A stretch of 64,000 nucleotides of DNA from Marsupella aquatica (Eukaryota; Plantae; Marchantiophyta): positions 21,898,558 to 21,962,557 of the forward strand of contig OZ316895.1 of assembly GCA_973895155.1 (NCBI GenBank), in the 5' to 3' direction. The notes under the pieces were generated by a model. That model was given only the letters and a program-made list of their open reading frames with translations, ran no database searches and was not told where the DNA came from. The translations under genes and the position numbers were made by a program. Shown piece after piece: positions 1 through 12,267 of the stretch (position 1 is its first letter; each line of letters opens with the position of its first letter).

Positions 1-849
1 GCCTGAATCAAAGGTGTTCAGTCCCCTTTTGAATCTTATCATTAGGTCAAGTTGTCAGGCCATTACTTGAAACTTCTTATTGGAGAATGTTAAATAGCCA
101 TTTTTCCTCTCTCACTCTCACCCCAGATTGTCATTGGGGCCTCCTGTCAAAAAATGTGGCCATTGGAGTTTCAATTTCAAATCATTTGAGATAAAAGACA
201 ATCTTACAATTTATTAAACCCCAGCATTAATCCCCAGAATGCCCTCTCTAGCTAAATGACTCCTAACAGGAAATCCAGGGAAAATGAGTCACCCTCAACC
301 TGCCCCCAAAAGTTCTATTCCTTCTTTGAAATGAATCACTCGTTTCAAGAAGAGACTGGGCCATCGAGTGCCAATCGAGGCTAGTGAGTCGCAGCCATCC
401 AGTATGAATTTACATAGTCCCTTTGGGGCCCCTGTGAGCAACTTTTCATCACAAAGGTGGACAGCCTTTTGATTTCTCCTGACTTTGGATTTCTAGTGGA
501 TTTGAAGGTGAGCAAGTTTTGCTAGCCTAAAAAGGAATCCAAAAATTGGGATCTTGAAGGAACCATTGAAGCCGGCATTGAAGGTATGGTACACCAAATT
601 TTGGCTAGAGAAGTGGTGGATATTTTGGGTTTCTTCCTTCTATGAGGACTTTTCCATTTGGTACTGTGATGTACATATTCTATGAGATAAAAGTGTGGTA
701 TTAAGGGGAAAAATATTGTTTGCTGGCATGGAACTGATACCCGAAATCCATTTGGGGTTCAATTCAAGAGTGAATCGCCTGGTCCTGAGTACTTTGCCCA
801 TTAAAAAAATATCTCCTAGTCTAGTGCTTCCATCCACAAAAAATAATCC

Positions 850-1400
850 CTCAACGGGACTAGAAAGGTCCGTCCCCACCCAAAGCACGAGAGCGTACTT
901 TGAGAAGGGACAATGGAAGAGACAACAGAGTTGCTTGCACACGTGATTTGTTGCTTATCACCTTCTGCATCAGGACAAGGGATTTGTACTTTTAATGATT
1001 TGAAGAAGGATTAAAAAATGTAAGTTGAACGTGGAGGAGACAAGAGTGGACTGTCTAGAAAGCCAATGAGAGAGGTCGCTTTATGGTACCTGGCGAATGT
1101 TCCCTTGATGTTGCACAACTTTTGAGGCAAGCTTCACAGCCTTGCAATCGAATTGGCTGCACTCGATATCTCCCCGTTCGAGGACGAAAAAAATCTTCAT
1201 TCGAGGAGAAGGGTCACTAAGTACCTACCTCTCTACCAATTGTGTACCTTGGAATCTTGGTCATTGATTGGTTTACTCGATATCGCGTTCTGAGGTCAGG
1301 GCTATCGAGAATTTTTACCAGTTATGTGTGCACACGTGTATGCCTCGAACCCAGAGCCAAGCCATCTCTCCATTATTTAGTGGGCAGACAGATTTCCACA
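850..1400 (-). pseudogene. Possible heavily degraded LINE (L1-like) reverse transcriptase C-terminal remnant
   Basis: Minus-strand fragments ILDSPDLRTRYRVNQSMTKI and GRYL resemble the LINE RT F..SG..VN..K / KYLG region; many stops and frameshifts, no clear YADD. Confidence 0.2.
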
Positions 1401-1464
1401 AGGGATTCAGTATTTCAGTCACTAGACCCCTCCTGAAATTTTTCCATTTGTATGTGCTTTACAA

Positions 1465-1740
1465 GGTTAGAAAGCATTATTTCCAGGTGAAGCCAGGATC
1501 CAGTGGGCCACCTTGGCTTGGGGATTGCGAAATTTGAATGAGGAGTGCAAGTGGCAAAGGATGGGGATTCTGAAATTTGAATGAGGAGTGCAAGTGGGCC
1601 AGGGATGAAGCTTTTGCAGTGTTAAATTGATTTGAATGGTTCCAAAATGTTCACTCAGGCTTTAGGCTTAGTAATTCATTCACACTTGGGGGTAATGGTT
1701 GTAACCCCCTTGGGCTCAGTGCCCACTGGGCTACATCACA
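1465..1740. mobile_element. MITE-like dispersed repeat, left part (split by Helitrons; remainder at 9974-10005)
   Basis: Matches the reverse complement of 52030-52280 and resembles 56155-56230; the continuation ttaccccctcttggggatgggttacc resumes at 9974. Confidence 0.7.
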
Positions 1741-2254
1741 TCAGAAACTATAATACAGCGTTGCGCCTTTTTTTCCCGTGGTCGTCATTTGAATTTGCCA
1801 TGTCGTTTTCGGTGACAAAAATCAAATCCACAAAAATAAGAAGCAATAGGAAAGAACAAAAGGGAATGCAGCGCCGAATGCAGCCGCAAATGCAAAGCCG
1901 TGCAGAATACTGCAGCAGCGACCGTCCTTGCGGCGAGCCCGGGGTGGAGCGGGGCCTGAGTGAGGCCCGAGGATCAGGAGGGAGGCAGGCCTGAGGATCG
2001 AGGCCCGAGGAGCACCGAGGAGGAGCCAGGCAGGCGCGCGAGGGGCGCACCGACCTCAGTGCCCAGCCCAGCCTCACTGCCACCCCCCAAGCGTGGCCGC
2101 GACCCCGCCGATCGAGTCCGTGCCCGGCCTCAACGCCATCGCCGTCATGACGCCCTCCCCACTCTCCTCCCTCACCCGCCCCCCAAGCCTGGGCGCGACC
2201 CCCGTCGGTCAAGTCCGCGCCTGGACTCGACCCTGCCATCCTCGCGCCTCCCCT

Positions 2255-2440
2255 CCCCTCCCCGCCCCACCCCACCCCTCCTCCTCCCTGCCCCGCGCCT
2301 CGACGAGCGAGGACCGCGGCGGTCCTGCGCTCCCCGCCCCTCCCCTCCCCTCCTCCTCCCCGCCCCGCGCCTCGACCAGCAAGGGCCGCAGCGGCCCTGC
2401 CCTCCCCGCCCCTCCTCCTCCCCGCCCCACGCCTCGACCA
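2255..2440. repeat. GC-rich degenerate ~60-bp tandem repeat in the Helitron 5' region
   Basis: Recurring ccccgccc..cctcctcc..cccgcgcctcgac units (about 3 copies). Confidence 0.6.
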
Positions 2441-3085
2441 GTGAGGGCCCTCTTGCCCAGCCGCCAGCCCCGGCTCTAGCGCACCCTCCTCACCTCCAGC
2501 CCTGCGCCTTTGACGAGCGCGGGCTTCGACTCCCGCGCCTGGACCATGGCCCAACCCCCTTCGACCACAACTCGGCTGAATTCTCCCCGGACAGCCAATG
2601 ATCTGCCACACAGCAACTGGCCGCGACGACTCCCTCCGTGGCTCGACCCAAAAACCAAAAAGTTTTACTCGCACTGAGTCCAGCCCGCGGCATCTCCATT
2701 GCCATCAACTACCCCCGGGGTTTGGTTTCAGGTCCAGGCGTCCTCAACACGGGTTTCAGGTCCAGGCGCGGGGATTTTGGCAAAATGACATCATCAAACT
2801 TAGCCATCCTTGGTCATAAGTAAGCTTATTTTTATGGTTCTAAGTGTCGGCCCAGCCCTAGGCCTGGTATAACCTCTTGCCACTAGGTTTACCGCTCAAA
2901 TATGCATGGGTTGGGGGCCAAAAATATCGGGACCAAAGGTGGTCCGGGGGTGGCAGGTCCCCAGAAGCATATATGAGGGGACCACCTCCTCTCAAACATC
3001 CAAGTTTGAAAGTGTTGCAAACCACACCACCACCCCAAGGGGGCGTGGCGTTGGCGAGTAAGGAGCCGAGTAAGCTTGGATGAGG

Positions 3086-3530
3086 TACCAATGGGGTTGG
3101 GGGATGCAAGGGGTAGGAAAAAAGGTCTGTTGAAAAGTTGGCCGAGCCGTGCCGTTGCCCCAAGGGGACTCGGCATTGGGGCGGCCAAAGCCAAGTAAGC
3201 GGCCACGGCGACTTTAAGTTAAATGCTTAAAGTAATCAAAAATCTGGGGTTACCAATGGGGTTGGGGGATGCAAGGGGTAGGAAAAAAGTTCTATTGAAA
3301 AGTTGGCTGAGCCGTGCCATTGCCCCAAGGGGTCTCGGCATTGGGGTGGCCAAAGCCAAGTAAGCGGCCACGACGACTTTAAGTTAAATGCTTAAAGTAA
3401 CCAAAAATCTGGGGTTACCAATGGGGTTTGGGGATGCAAGGGGTAGGAAAAATGTTTAGTTGAAAAGTTGGCCAAGCCGTGCCGTTGCCCCAAGGGGTCT
3501 CGGCATAGGGGCGGCCAAAGCCAAGTAAGC
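3086..3530. repeat. 165-bp tandem repeat, ~2.7 copies, upstream of the Helitron ORF
   Basis: taccaatggggtt starts at 3086, 3251 and 3416 (period 165); units near-identical. Confidence 0.9.
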
Positions 3531-3867
3531 AAACATGGGTTAACTTAGGGGCAAGAGGCACAACTCCTGGAAGCAGGAGGAACGTCGCCAAGGTTGGGTG
3601 GGTGGGCGGGATGAGGGGGCCCTTATAGGATGTATCCTTGACGGATATTGGGCTCCTTCTAATATCCCATGTCTCTTGCGATGGTGTCCTCCAACCGGCG
3701 TTCAACTTACTTAGGGTTTGTCAAGCTTGGAATGGGGCATGTAAATTTGAATGACTCAATTAAATTAGAATGACTAACAAAATATGTGTGTTGGATGCAA
3801 ACAACGGACTATGGGCGGGAGCATGGAGTAATTAGGGCTTTCTTATGCTGAGGGTACTGTTGCCAAC

Positions 3868-6800
3868 ATGCCTCCTCCCGACCAGGTATTGGCGGCTCGG
3901 CGTGAGAGGTACGCCAAAAACAAAGACGCCATTAATGAAAGGCGGAGGGTGAGGCGAGCACAGCGTCGGCAACAACAAAATGGGGTGGTTGGAAATAATG
4001 GAGGGGCTGCGGGGGCTCCAACTGATGGGGTTCGGGCAGAGGCGAGCGCTCAACCAAACTTGGTTGGGCGTATGAACAGTTGGAGACAGCTTCGTCGTGA
4101 GGCTCGGGGCCAAGGGCAAGCATTGGAAAGGCCCCGTGCCATTTCCAATATTAGTGTTGGTGATCCGAGCACATCGGTCCGCCAACCCATGGTTCCCTGT
4201 GACCCACATGTATTTGATGAAGGATGGCTCATTCAAGGTGCTTTGGATGAAAGTCAGATTCACCATCCTCCATTGGAGTTAGCCTCCAACGCGTCCTATG
4301 AGGCAGCATCACATGTTCAGCCGGAACCTTGCCTCTATGATGAGGAGTGGCTTATCAATGGGGCGTTGGATGATGGGGGGATTGATTGTCCGCGGGAGGA
4401 ACCGATGCACGCTCACACTGAAACTCATTTGTTTGATGAGGAGTGGCTCATCAATGGGGCAATGGATGGCAGGTTTGATCAACATGCGGTGGGGGAATTA
4501 TATGACGTTGAGGAAGATTATGTCAACGATGGGGATGGTGAATTTGACACTTTTGTGGAGGGGACCTTGGAGCTGTCAAGTGGAGAAAGGGAACCGGATG
4601 TAGGGCCGGATATTATGTTTGAAGCGGGGTTTGAAGTCCAGGAGAGTTTGGCAGCTGCACCAGTCACACCTGCATTGCGGAGCGAAGAAGAAATAGCACA
4701 AAGAAGACGGAGGGCACAACTAATCAGTCGTCTTCCATAGGCGCGAAGGCCGTTGGATCCTCACTTGGCCCGACATGGTTTGGGGCGTATGGACATGGTT
4801 TGCCACACATGTGGGGCACTTCATTGGCTTCAAGAGTGCAAAAAGGGCACCGAAAACAATCCCCTTTTTAGTGCCTGTTGTGCGGACGGCAAGGTGAAAT
4901 TGCCTCCTTTTGGTGCCCCACCCGAGCCTCTACGAAGCTTGCTTACAAGGCAAGACAATGTTGGGAAGAATTTCCGCGACAACATAAGAGGTTATAACAA
5001 TGCCTTGGCGTTTACCTCCATTGGTGCAAAAGTGGATGAGCGCAATAATAGTCGAGGGCCTTATTCCTTTCATATCCAAGGAGCGTTGTACCATCTTGCG
5101 GGAAGCCTTTTGCCCCCTACAGGAGAAGGACCCAAATTCGCGCAATTGTACATTTACGACACCGCCAATGAAGTGGGGAATAGGTACCTTCCCCAATCCC
5201 ATGACCACTTGCTTTTCCATCTTGCTTAGGTACATTTTCATATATCTCCAACCCGAGTGGTTCTAATTGCTTTTGTTGCAGGCTCAACCGAATGCCGCAC
5301 TTGGATCCAAGGATACTGGCTCAACTACAAGACATGTTGCATGAACATAATGGATATGTTCATCTATTTAAGAACGCAGGAAGTCGGATCGAGGGGGGCG
5401 ATGTGCCAGAGGTATCTTTACGCCTCCTGGCCGAGCGCGACAATGATCCAAGACGTTATAACAAGCCCACGGCCGATGAGATCGGCGTTGTCATGGTGGG
5501 TGATGAAGATATAGAGGTATGCCATAGGGACATCATCCTTAGGCAAACAGATGGGCATTTGCGCAGGATCTCTGAGTGGCATAGGTCTTATGCACCACTC
5601 CACTATGTTCTTCTTTTCCCGCGAGGCCAAGACGGATGGTCATATGATATCCCGTTGACGGGTTTTGAAATGAGTGGCGGGGTTCTTCATCAAGCTGTTA
5701 CCGGGGCAAGGAGTGGACGTAACGGGTCCAAGAAGGTCACCCAACTACAATACTTTGCATATCATCTTCATGCACGATGCAATGATGATTGGCTCCTTCG
5801 TGGTGGACGGCTCCTAAAGCAGTACATTGTTGATGCCTACGCATGCATCGATCAAACACGCTTGACGTATATCCGCAATAATCAACAAAAATTGCGGACT
5901 GACCTATATTCGGGTCTTCAAGATGCCGTGCATGAGGGAGATGCACGCGCAAGTGAGTTGGGCAAGACTTTCATCCTGCCCTCGACTTATGGTGGTAGCG
6001 CACGTAGCATGGCCCAAGCATACCAGGATGCCATGGCTGTTGTACGCACATACGGCCCGCCAGATCTCTTCATCACATTCACTTGCAATCCAAAATGGCC
6101 GGAGATCAAAGTAGAGTGCTTTGAGGTTCAAAGTCCAGCCGACCGGGATGAGATTGTGGCACGATGCTTCAAACTGAAGCTAAGGGCGCTGTTAGCAGAG
6201 GTTCGCCAAGGGGTCTTAGGAAGGCCCGTTGCCTCTATGTATGTCATAGAGTTCCAAAAGCGTGGGTTGCCCCATGCCCACATGTTGATCATTTTGGCAG
6301 AGCAGCACAAGATTCGCACCCCTAACGAGGTGGATGAGTTGGTGTGTGCGGAGATCCCAGATAGAGTAAAATATCCTCGACTCCATGAGACGATAACCAA
6401 GTGCATGGTCCATGGTCCATGTGGCATAGGTTATCCAAACTCGCCCTGCATGGAAGATGGGAAGTGCACTAAGAAATATCCTCGGGAATTCTCCTCAGAG
6501 ACACAATTTGGGGACGGAGGCTATCCTTTGTATCGGAGGCGAGACAATGGCCAGTCATTCAGCAAGGACAGTAATGGATTTAGGTTTGACAACAGGTGGG
6601 TTGTTCCCTATAGCCCATACTTGAGCATGAAATACAATGCTCATATTAACGTGGAGATTTGTTGTTCCATTAAGGCAATTAAGTACTTATACAAGTATGT
6701 ATATAAGGGGCATGATCGGGCGACGGTGGAAGTTGGAGAGTCACGGGATGAAATCAAAACACATCTTGATGCCCGTTACGTGTCTGCGGCGGAAGGGACG

Positions 6801-9033
6801 TGGCGGATTTTCCAATTTAAAATGGCAGAGAGTAGTACTTCTGTCCAACGTCTCCAAGTGCATTGTGAAAGGGAGCAGGCGGTGATGTTCAATGAAGATG
6901 CAGACATCGTAAACGTGGTTGAAAGGGAGTCGGACAGGGACACCACTTTGACAGGATGGTTCAAGACAAATGCAATGTTTGAATCAGCACGCCATGTCAC
7001 GTACACTAATTTCCCTCAGGAATGGACGTGGAACAAGGCTCTACGGAAATGGTCTCCGCGTCAGCAAGGGTTTAGCATTGGGCGAATGTACTTTGTGGCA
7101 CCATCGGCTGGGGAGAGATATTATTTGAGAGCCCTCTTGATTGTTGTCACTGGGGCTCAAAGTTTTGAAGATCTCCGAACTTTTGAGAACGTGGTGCATC
7201 CAACGTTCAAAGAGGCCGCCCTCGCGCGTGGATTGTACGAGAATGATGTAGAGTGGGATAGGTGTCTTGGCGAGGCGGGCCTCATGCAGACCGGCTCACA
7301 ACTTCGACGGTTGTTCATCACCATCCTCATCTTTGGCGGCCCCATACAACCCTGTGATCTGTGGACAAGTTACGCTTCAAAGTTGAGTGATGATTGTTGT
7401 CATCGCCTTCTCAGCATGGGTTTTCTTGAACCCTCGGAAGAACAACAAAGGAGCTTCGCATTGTATTTAATTGGACAGGCATTGCACACCCAAGGGAAGA
7501 CGTTGGGCGAATTTGGGTTGCCCCTCCCTTCAGAACAGTTTTGTGAAGATCTGACGAACACCAATCAATTGATACGGGAGGAGATGTCCTATCGCCAGGA
7601 GGATTTGGAACAACAATTGGCTGAGCAGGAGCCGTTGTTGAATGTTGGGCAACGCATTGCTTACACTACAATATTGGAGGCAGTTCGGGGCCGTGAGGCT
7701 TCCACATTCTTCATAGATGGGCCAGGAGGGACAGGGAAGACCTTTGTGGAGAATGTTCTTCTACGTAGGGTGCGGGCTGATGGGGACGTAGCGTTGGCTG
7801 TGGCCTCTTCGGGAATTGCAGGTTTGTTGTTGGATGGAGGTCGCACAGCACATTCAAGGTTTAAGCTTCCTCTCAATCCTGATGCTCAATCACTATGCAA
7901 CGTGAAGAAGCAAACGGAGCTTGCTGAATTGTTGCGAAGGACAACATTCATTCTGTGGGATGAAGCGCCTATGGTTCATCGACATGCTGTGGAGGCGCTT
8001 GATAGGACACTTCGCGACATAAGAGAAGACAACAGAAAGTTTGGGGGGCTGGTGGTTGCATTTGCAGGGGACTTTTGACAAGTGTTGCCGGTGAAAGCAA
8101 GAGCAAGCCGTGCGCAGATTGTGGGAGGATGCTTGAAGAAATCTCACATTTGGCACTCTGTGAAAACATTCAAGCTTACGGAGAATATGCGTGCGCGGGG
8201 TACATCCACTTCAATTGAGTTTGGGAACCAGACTTTCCAAGAATGGCTCCTTCAACTTGGGGATGATAAATTGCCAAAGCAAGGAGCGTTGAATAACATG
8301 ATTATGGTCCCGCCATCCATGACGGAGAACATTGTTGATACCGACTTCTTGATTCGTGCAATTTATCCATCATTGGAGAATATTGATGACAAGTTCCTAA
8401 GCGAGAGAACAATATTGGCGCCAACGAACGAGGAGGCGCTGAAGATCAACAGTTCAATATTGGAAGGGCTAGCTCGCAGGAGATGCGCACACCTTCTTAA
8501 GTATAGATCGCCCCGATCAATTGGAAGGACGTGACTTTTACCCTACTGAGTTCTTGAATACGCTAACACCCAGCGGCTTGCCTCCGCACAAGCTGGTACT
8601 TAAGGTTGGATGCCCTGTTATTCTTTTACGTAATGTCGACTTCACTACAGGATTATGTAACGGGACACGACTCATAGTACGTACAATCAATAGTCGTGTC
8701 ATAGTGGCGCGGGTTCTTGCAGGCAAACATGCAGGGAACATAACGTTCATACCACGTATTCCGTTGACGTCAGATGAGGGACTTCCTTTCATGCTGCGAA
8801 GAGTCCAATTCCCAGTTCGAGTGGCATATGCCATGACTATTAATAAGGCACAAGGTCAGACTTTAGAACATGTAGGATTGCAACTTTCTAAGTCGGTTTT
8901 CAGTCATGGTCAATTGTATGTTGCCTTTTCAAGAGCAACATGTCCTACAAGGATAAAAGTGTTACTTCCAGACGATGAAGATGGAGAAGCAAAGTTGACC
9001 AAAAATGTTGTATATGATGAAGTTCTCTACTAA
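3868..9033 (+). pseudogene. Helitron Rep/PIF1-helicase (RepHel) gene; exons 3868-5183 and 5282-9033; disabled
   Basis: Zn motif CHTCGALHW..CC; Rep motifs DLFITFTCNPKW, EFQKRGLPHAH (HUH), KYLYKYVYKG; helicase DGPGGTGKT, WDEAPM, GDF*QVLPV, MTINKAQGQT, HGQLYVAFSR. A GT-AG intron 5184-5281 joins the frames (..GNR|LNRMPH..). In-frame stops at 4738-4740 and 8076-8078; frameshift near 8470. Confidence 0.95.
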
Positions 9034-9209
9034 ATCAATAAAGACCTCATCATGTGTATTCTCTTCAAAATATTGTATCAAGTGTGAATGTTATTCTTTC
9101 ACTTTTGTATTTAACAACATCTTTTACTTCATAATGTCTTTGACTAATGACATGTTTTACTTATTGACCATATTGTACTCACAACATTTTTATACTTAGC
9201 CAATTTTTT

Positions 9210-9540
9210 TCTCAACAACTTCTTGGGCAGCATAACATCTTTTCTCTCAACACCTCTTGGCCGGCACGACATCTTTTCTCTCCACGACCTCTTGGCTGGC
9301 ACAACATCTTTTGTCTCCACGACCGCTTGGTCGGCATGACATCTTTTCTCTCCATGACCTTTTGGCTGGCACAACATCTTTTCTCTCCACGACCGCTTGG
9401 CCGACACGACATCTTTTCTCTCCATGACTTTTTGGCGGACACGACATCTTTTTTTCTCAACGACATCTTGGCCAACACATCGTTTTCTCTCAACGATATC
9501 TTGGCCGCCCATGACATCCTTGCCGCCACGACTTCTTTTG
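9210..9540 (+). repeat. Helitron subterminal minisatellite (acgacatctttt..-based, ~37-bp degenerate units)
   Basis: Repeated cacgacatcttttctctcc..ttggc units directly before the 3' palindrome; related arrays at ~14900-15440, ~32680-33030 and ~37370-38240. Confidence 0.85.
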
Positions 9541-9564
9541 TGCAATGCACGGGTATTGAGCTAG

Positions 9565-9973
9565 TCTTACTATAAAAGCGGAAACTGAGGTCTACTTTTA
9601 AGAGCCTAGGTCTAGAGTGAAATCTCTAGACCATAACTTTATGGCCATCATATACATGGGAAAAAATGGTGACATGACTATGATGTATATGTCAATTGGT
9701 ATATGCAAGTTTTTTGTGATAATTTTTAATTATTTACATTCAAAAAGTATGGGCACTCTAGCCCCATCACAATATAGTGCATAGAAGATGGATGTGCATA
9801 CAAAAAGACTCATGTGCACATAAGGGAAATGGTATATTATACATGACTATTAAAATGATGGGTTTTTTATCATTTCATGAACCTTCAAAGAATATCAACA
9901 AAGAATATATTTTGATAACACTTTTCTTGTCCTCTTAGCTATTCACATTCAAAGAACTGGTAGTCGGGGCTAG
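9565..9973 (+). mobile_element. Short non-autonomous Helitron-like segment in tandem with the large Helitron
   Basis: Begins TCTTACTATAAAAG, ends CTAG (9970-9973)|T, after which the interrupted MITE-like repeat resumes; no clear 3' hairpin. Confidence 0.6.
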
Positions 9974-12245
9974 TTACCCCCTCTTGGGGATGGGTTACCT
10001 TACACCACCTTACAGTGAAAAATCCAAGTGGACTTGTTTGACAAGAAAGATGTGGCAGCTATCCACAAATTTAGGAATAATTTCTATGTAAATATTGGGC
10101 ACTCAGGTCTCAGTATTTCCCCTCTTACACTATTCACCAAAATTTATACAGTTAGTGCGTAGTTAATGTTGGTCATACCAATTTAAGACAGGGACAAATT
10201 TGAATAGAAAGTAACATTAAATGTGGTGGGTTTTTGGGCTAAGACTATTTCGTGTTGGAATTCCTTGAACTACAGTAGAGCAATTCAAATTTGTCTAATT
10301 ATATACTATTCCTGATTTGTGGTGACATATTTTGGCAAGTAGTGCAGCCCTTATGGTGACATAGTTTGGCAAGTAGTGTAGCCTTGTTGAGAGTGTTCCC
10401 TAATGTAGCTGTAGTTTTTCTTTTTCTAGTGATCTTCGGTGCATGAAACACACTCTCTTCCCTAGCTATTTGAGGTGAGAGAGCAATGTCTTTTGTGTCT
10501 GTGCATTGGAAACCTCTCACTATTGTTTGTCTGAAGTAGTAGTCTATGAAATGTGGCCTGCAACCAAAATCTCCAAATAGTGTTATACACAAATGGAATT
10601 AGTATTACCTTTGCTCTCCAAATAGTGGTATGCAAAAAACCAAAATTAGTATTATATTTATGCTACTTAATGTGTGCACTATTAGTGTTAGTCCATCATC
10701 AACAATAGTAATGTTAATTGAAGAGTAACCCCAAAAAATTTATGCTCCACAAATGTCATTACCAAGACTAATTGTGGTGAACAGTGTAGACTCTTGCAGC
10801 CATTGCCAGTTCAGTTCACTCATAACCATGTAAAAGACAATTGAGCTGTAAGCTCAAACCGGATTCCCTTTCAGACATTTTTCTTGGATAATATTTTCAA
10901 GCTTCCATGATGTCATTTATGAATATGTGCATTTGAACCAGAATGATATCAACTAGTGTAAAAAAACTGTGTTTAGTAAAGATAGCATTTTGGGACTTTG
11001 CGCTTCCCTACCTCAGCTTATGACTAGAACGGAATCACTGAAATTTGAGTTCTATAGTGTGGTGAGTAGTCTATTATTGAGACAAGGATTCAGGATGAGT
11101 GAAGCACCATCTCTCAGTTGAACTCCTTGATTTGAATAGGGGTTAAAATAGAAGGGCTTCAGAATGTGCTTTGCTCTAACTAGTTGGCAGTTCTGTTGGA
11201 GCAAAATGAGACAACTGGAATGAAACAACTCAAAATGAGGCAACTTCAAGTTCACAACAGTGCAGCTCCACAACCTCACCCAGATTTTCATGAATCATTT
11301 GTGTCAATGCAAAACCTTTTCTTACTCATTTTGTAGACTAACCGTAGTCAGGGAATCACCCTGTACTTTAGCATATAAGTCTTAGGGAGAAGAATACAAA
11401 CTTTTTATAGAAAGGGCCAAACATTTATAGGGGTTGTCTCAATATTGAGCAACACAACAAACAGATTTTGGTCCTCAAGAATGTTGTATTTTAGTTTTCT
11501 TGTGCACAGCATATGAAGCTTCTTTACTGCCATGTCATACGGATATCCTTTAAGAACAAAAAGTTACAAAACAATTATTTAGAAAGTCTCTAAGGGTTAG
11601 GGTATCTCAAACTTTTATTGTTACCTATGATGGATTTGCCATCACCGTATTTACAGGTCACAAGAGATATTATCCTCGAGATTATCCTCTAACCACATAG
11701 GCTGTATGGTCCCTTGTCCTGGTCAAGTAATGGTTACAGGATATATCCCTTTTCCTTCCTGCTTGGCCAGCCGTCACCCCAAATGTAGCAGCTCTTGCCT
11801 TGTTGGGCCCAAAAGCCCACATGTTTTGCATCACAGCTATCCAGATTCACAAATTCTATTTTATTTTGAATTTTCACCTAAAGATAACCAGAAAGTGATT
11901 AAGGTCATTGGTTATATGTTGAGCCCGTGGGATTTCCCTGCGAGAGCCTCAGATCATCTGTCCGCTCTTATGAGAGTTCCCAAAACTTGTGAGCTACAGG
12001 AAAATATTGTACAAGTAATTCATTTTGGAAACTCCCTATCAGGATTGAGTATTTTTTTGGTAGTCCTCAAAGCTCTTTGAGATTACAAAATTTCACAGGC
12101 CAAGCCACAAAGGAATTCTCTACACAAATTCCCCTTAGTGACAGTCCTATGCCATTTACTCCAACCCTTTACCAGGCATTTCCCTGCTCATTAGGGCCTT
12201 CTAGGCTACATTGTTAGTTCTTTGATTCTGGTTCCTTTTTTCATG

Positions 12246-12267
12246 TATATATATATATATATATATA
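12246..12267. repeat. (TA)n microsatellite
   Basis: Direct reading. Confidence 0.9.

Larger units (their letters stand above)
1741..9564 (+). mobile_element. Autonomous-type Helitron (disabled)
   Basis: 5' A|TCAGAAACTATAATA at 1741; 3' palindrome gtgcaatgcac followed by CTAG (9561-9564)|T; Rep-Helicase gene inside; 5' end homologous to the 5' end of the non-autonomous copy at ~38650-38698. Confidence 0.88.

Noticed and set aside
1748-2674. Long GC-rich ORFs (308 aa minus, 213 aa plus)
   Set aside because: Low-complexity Gly/Arg/Pro translations from GC-rich repeats in the Helitron 5' region; no domain motifs.
9144-9575. Repetitive ORFs and CRISPR-like periodicity
   Set aside because: Degenerate tandem minisatellite with no unique spacers and no cas genes in a eukaryotic context; it is the Helitron subterminal array.
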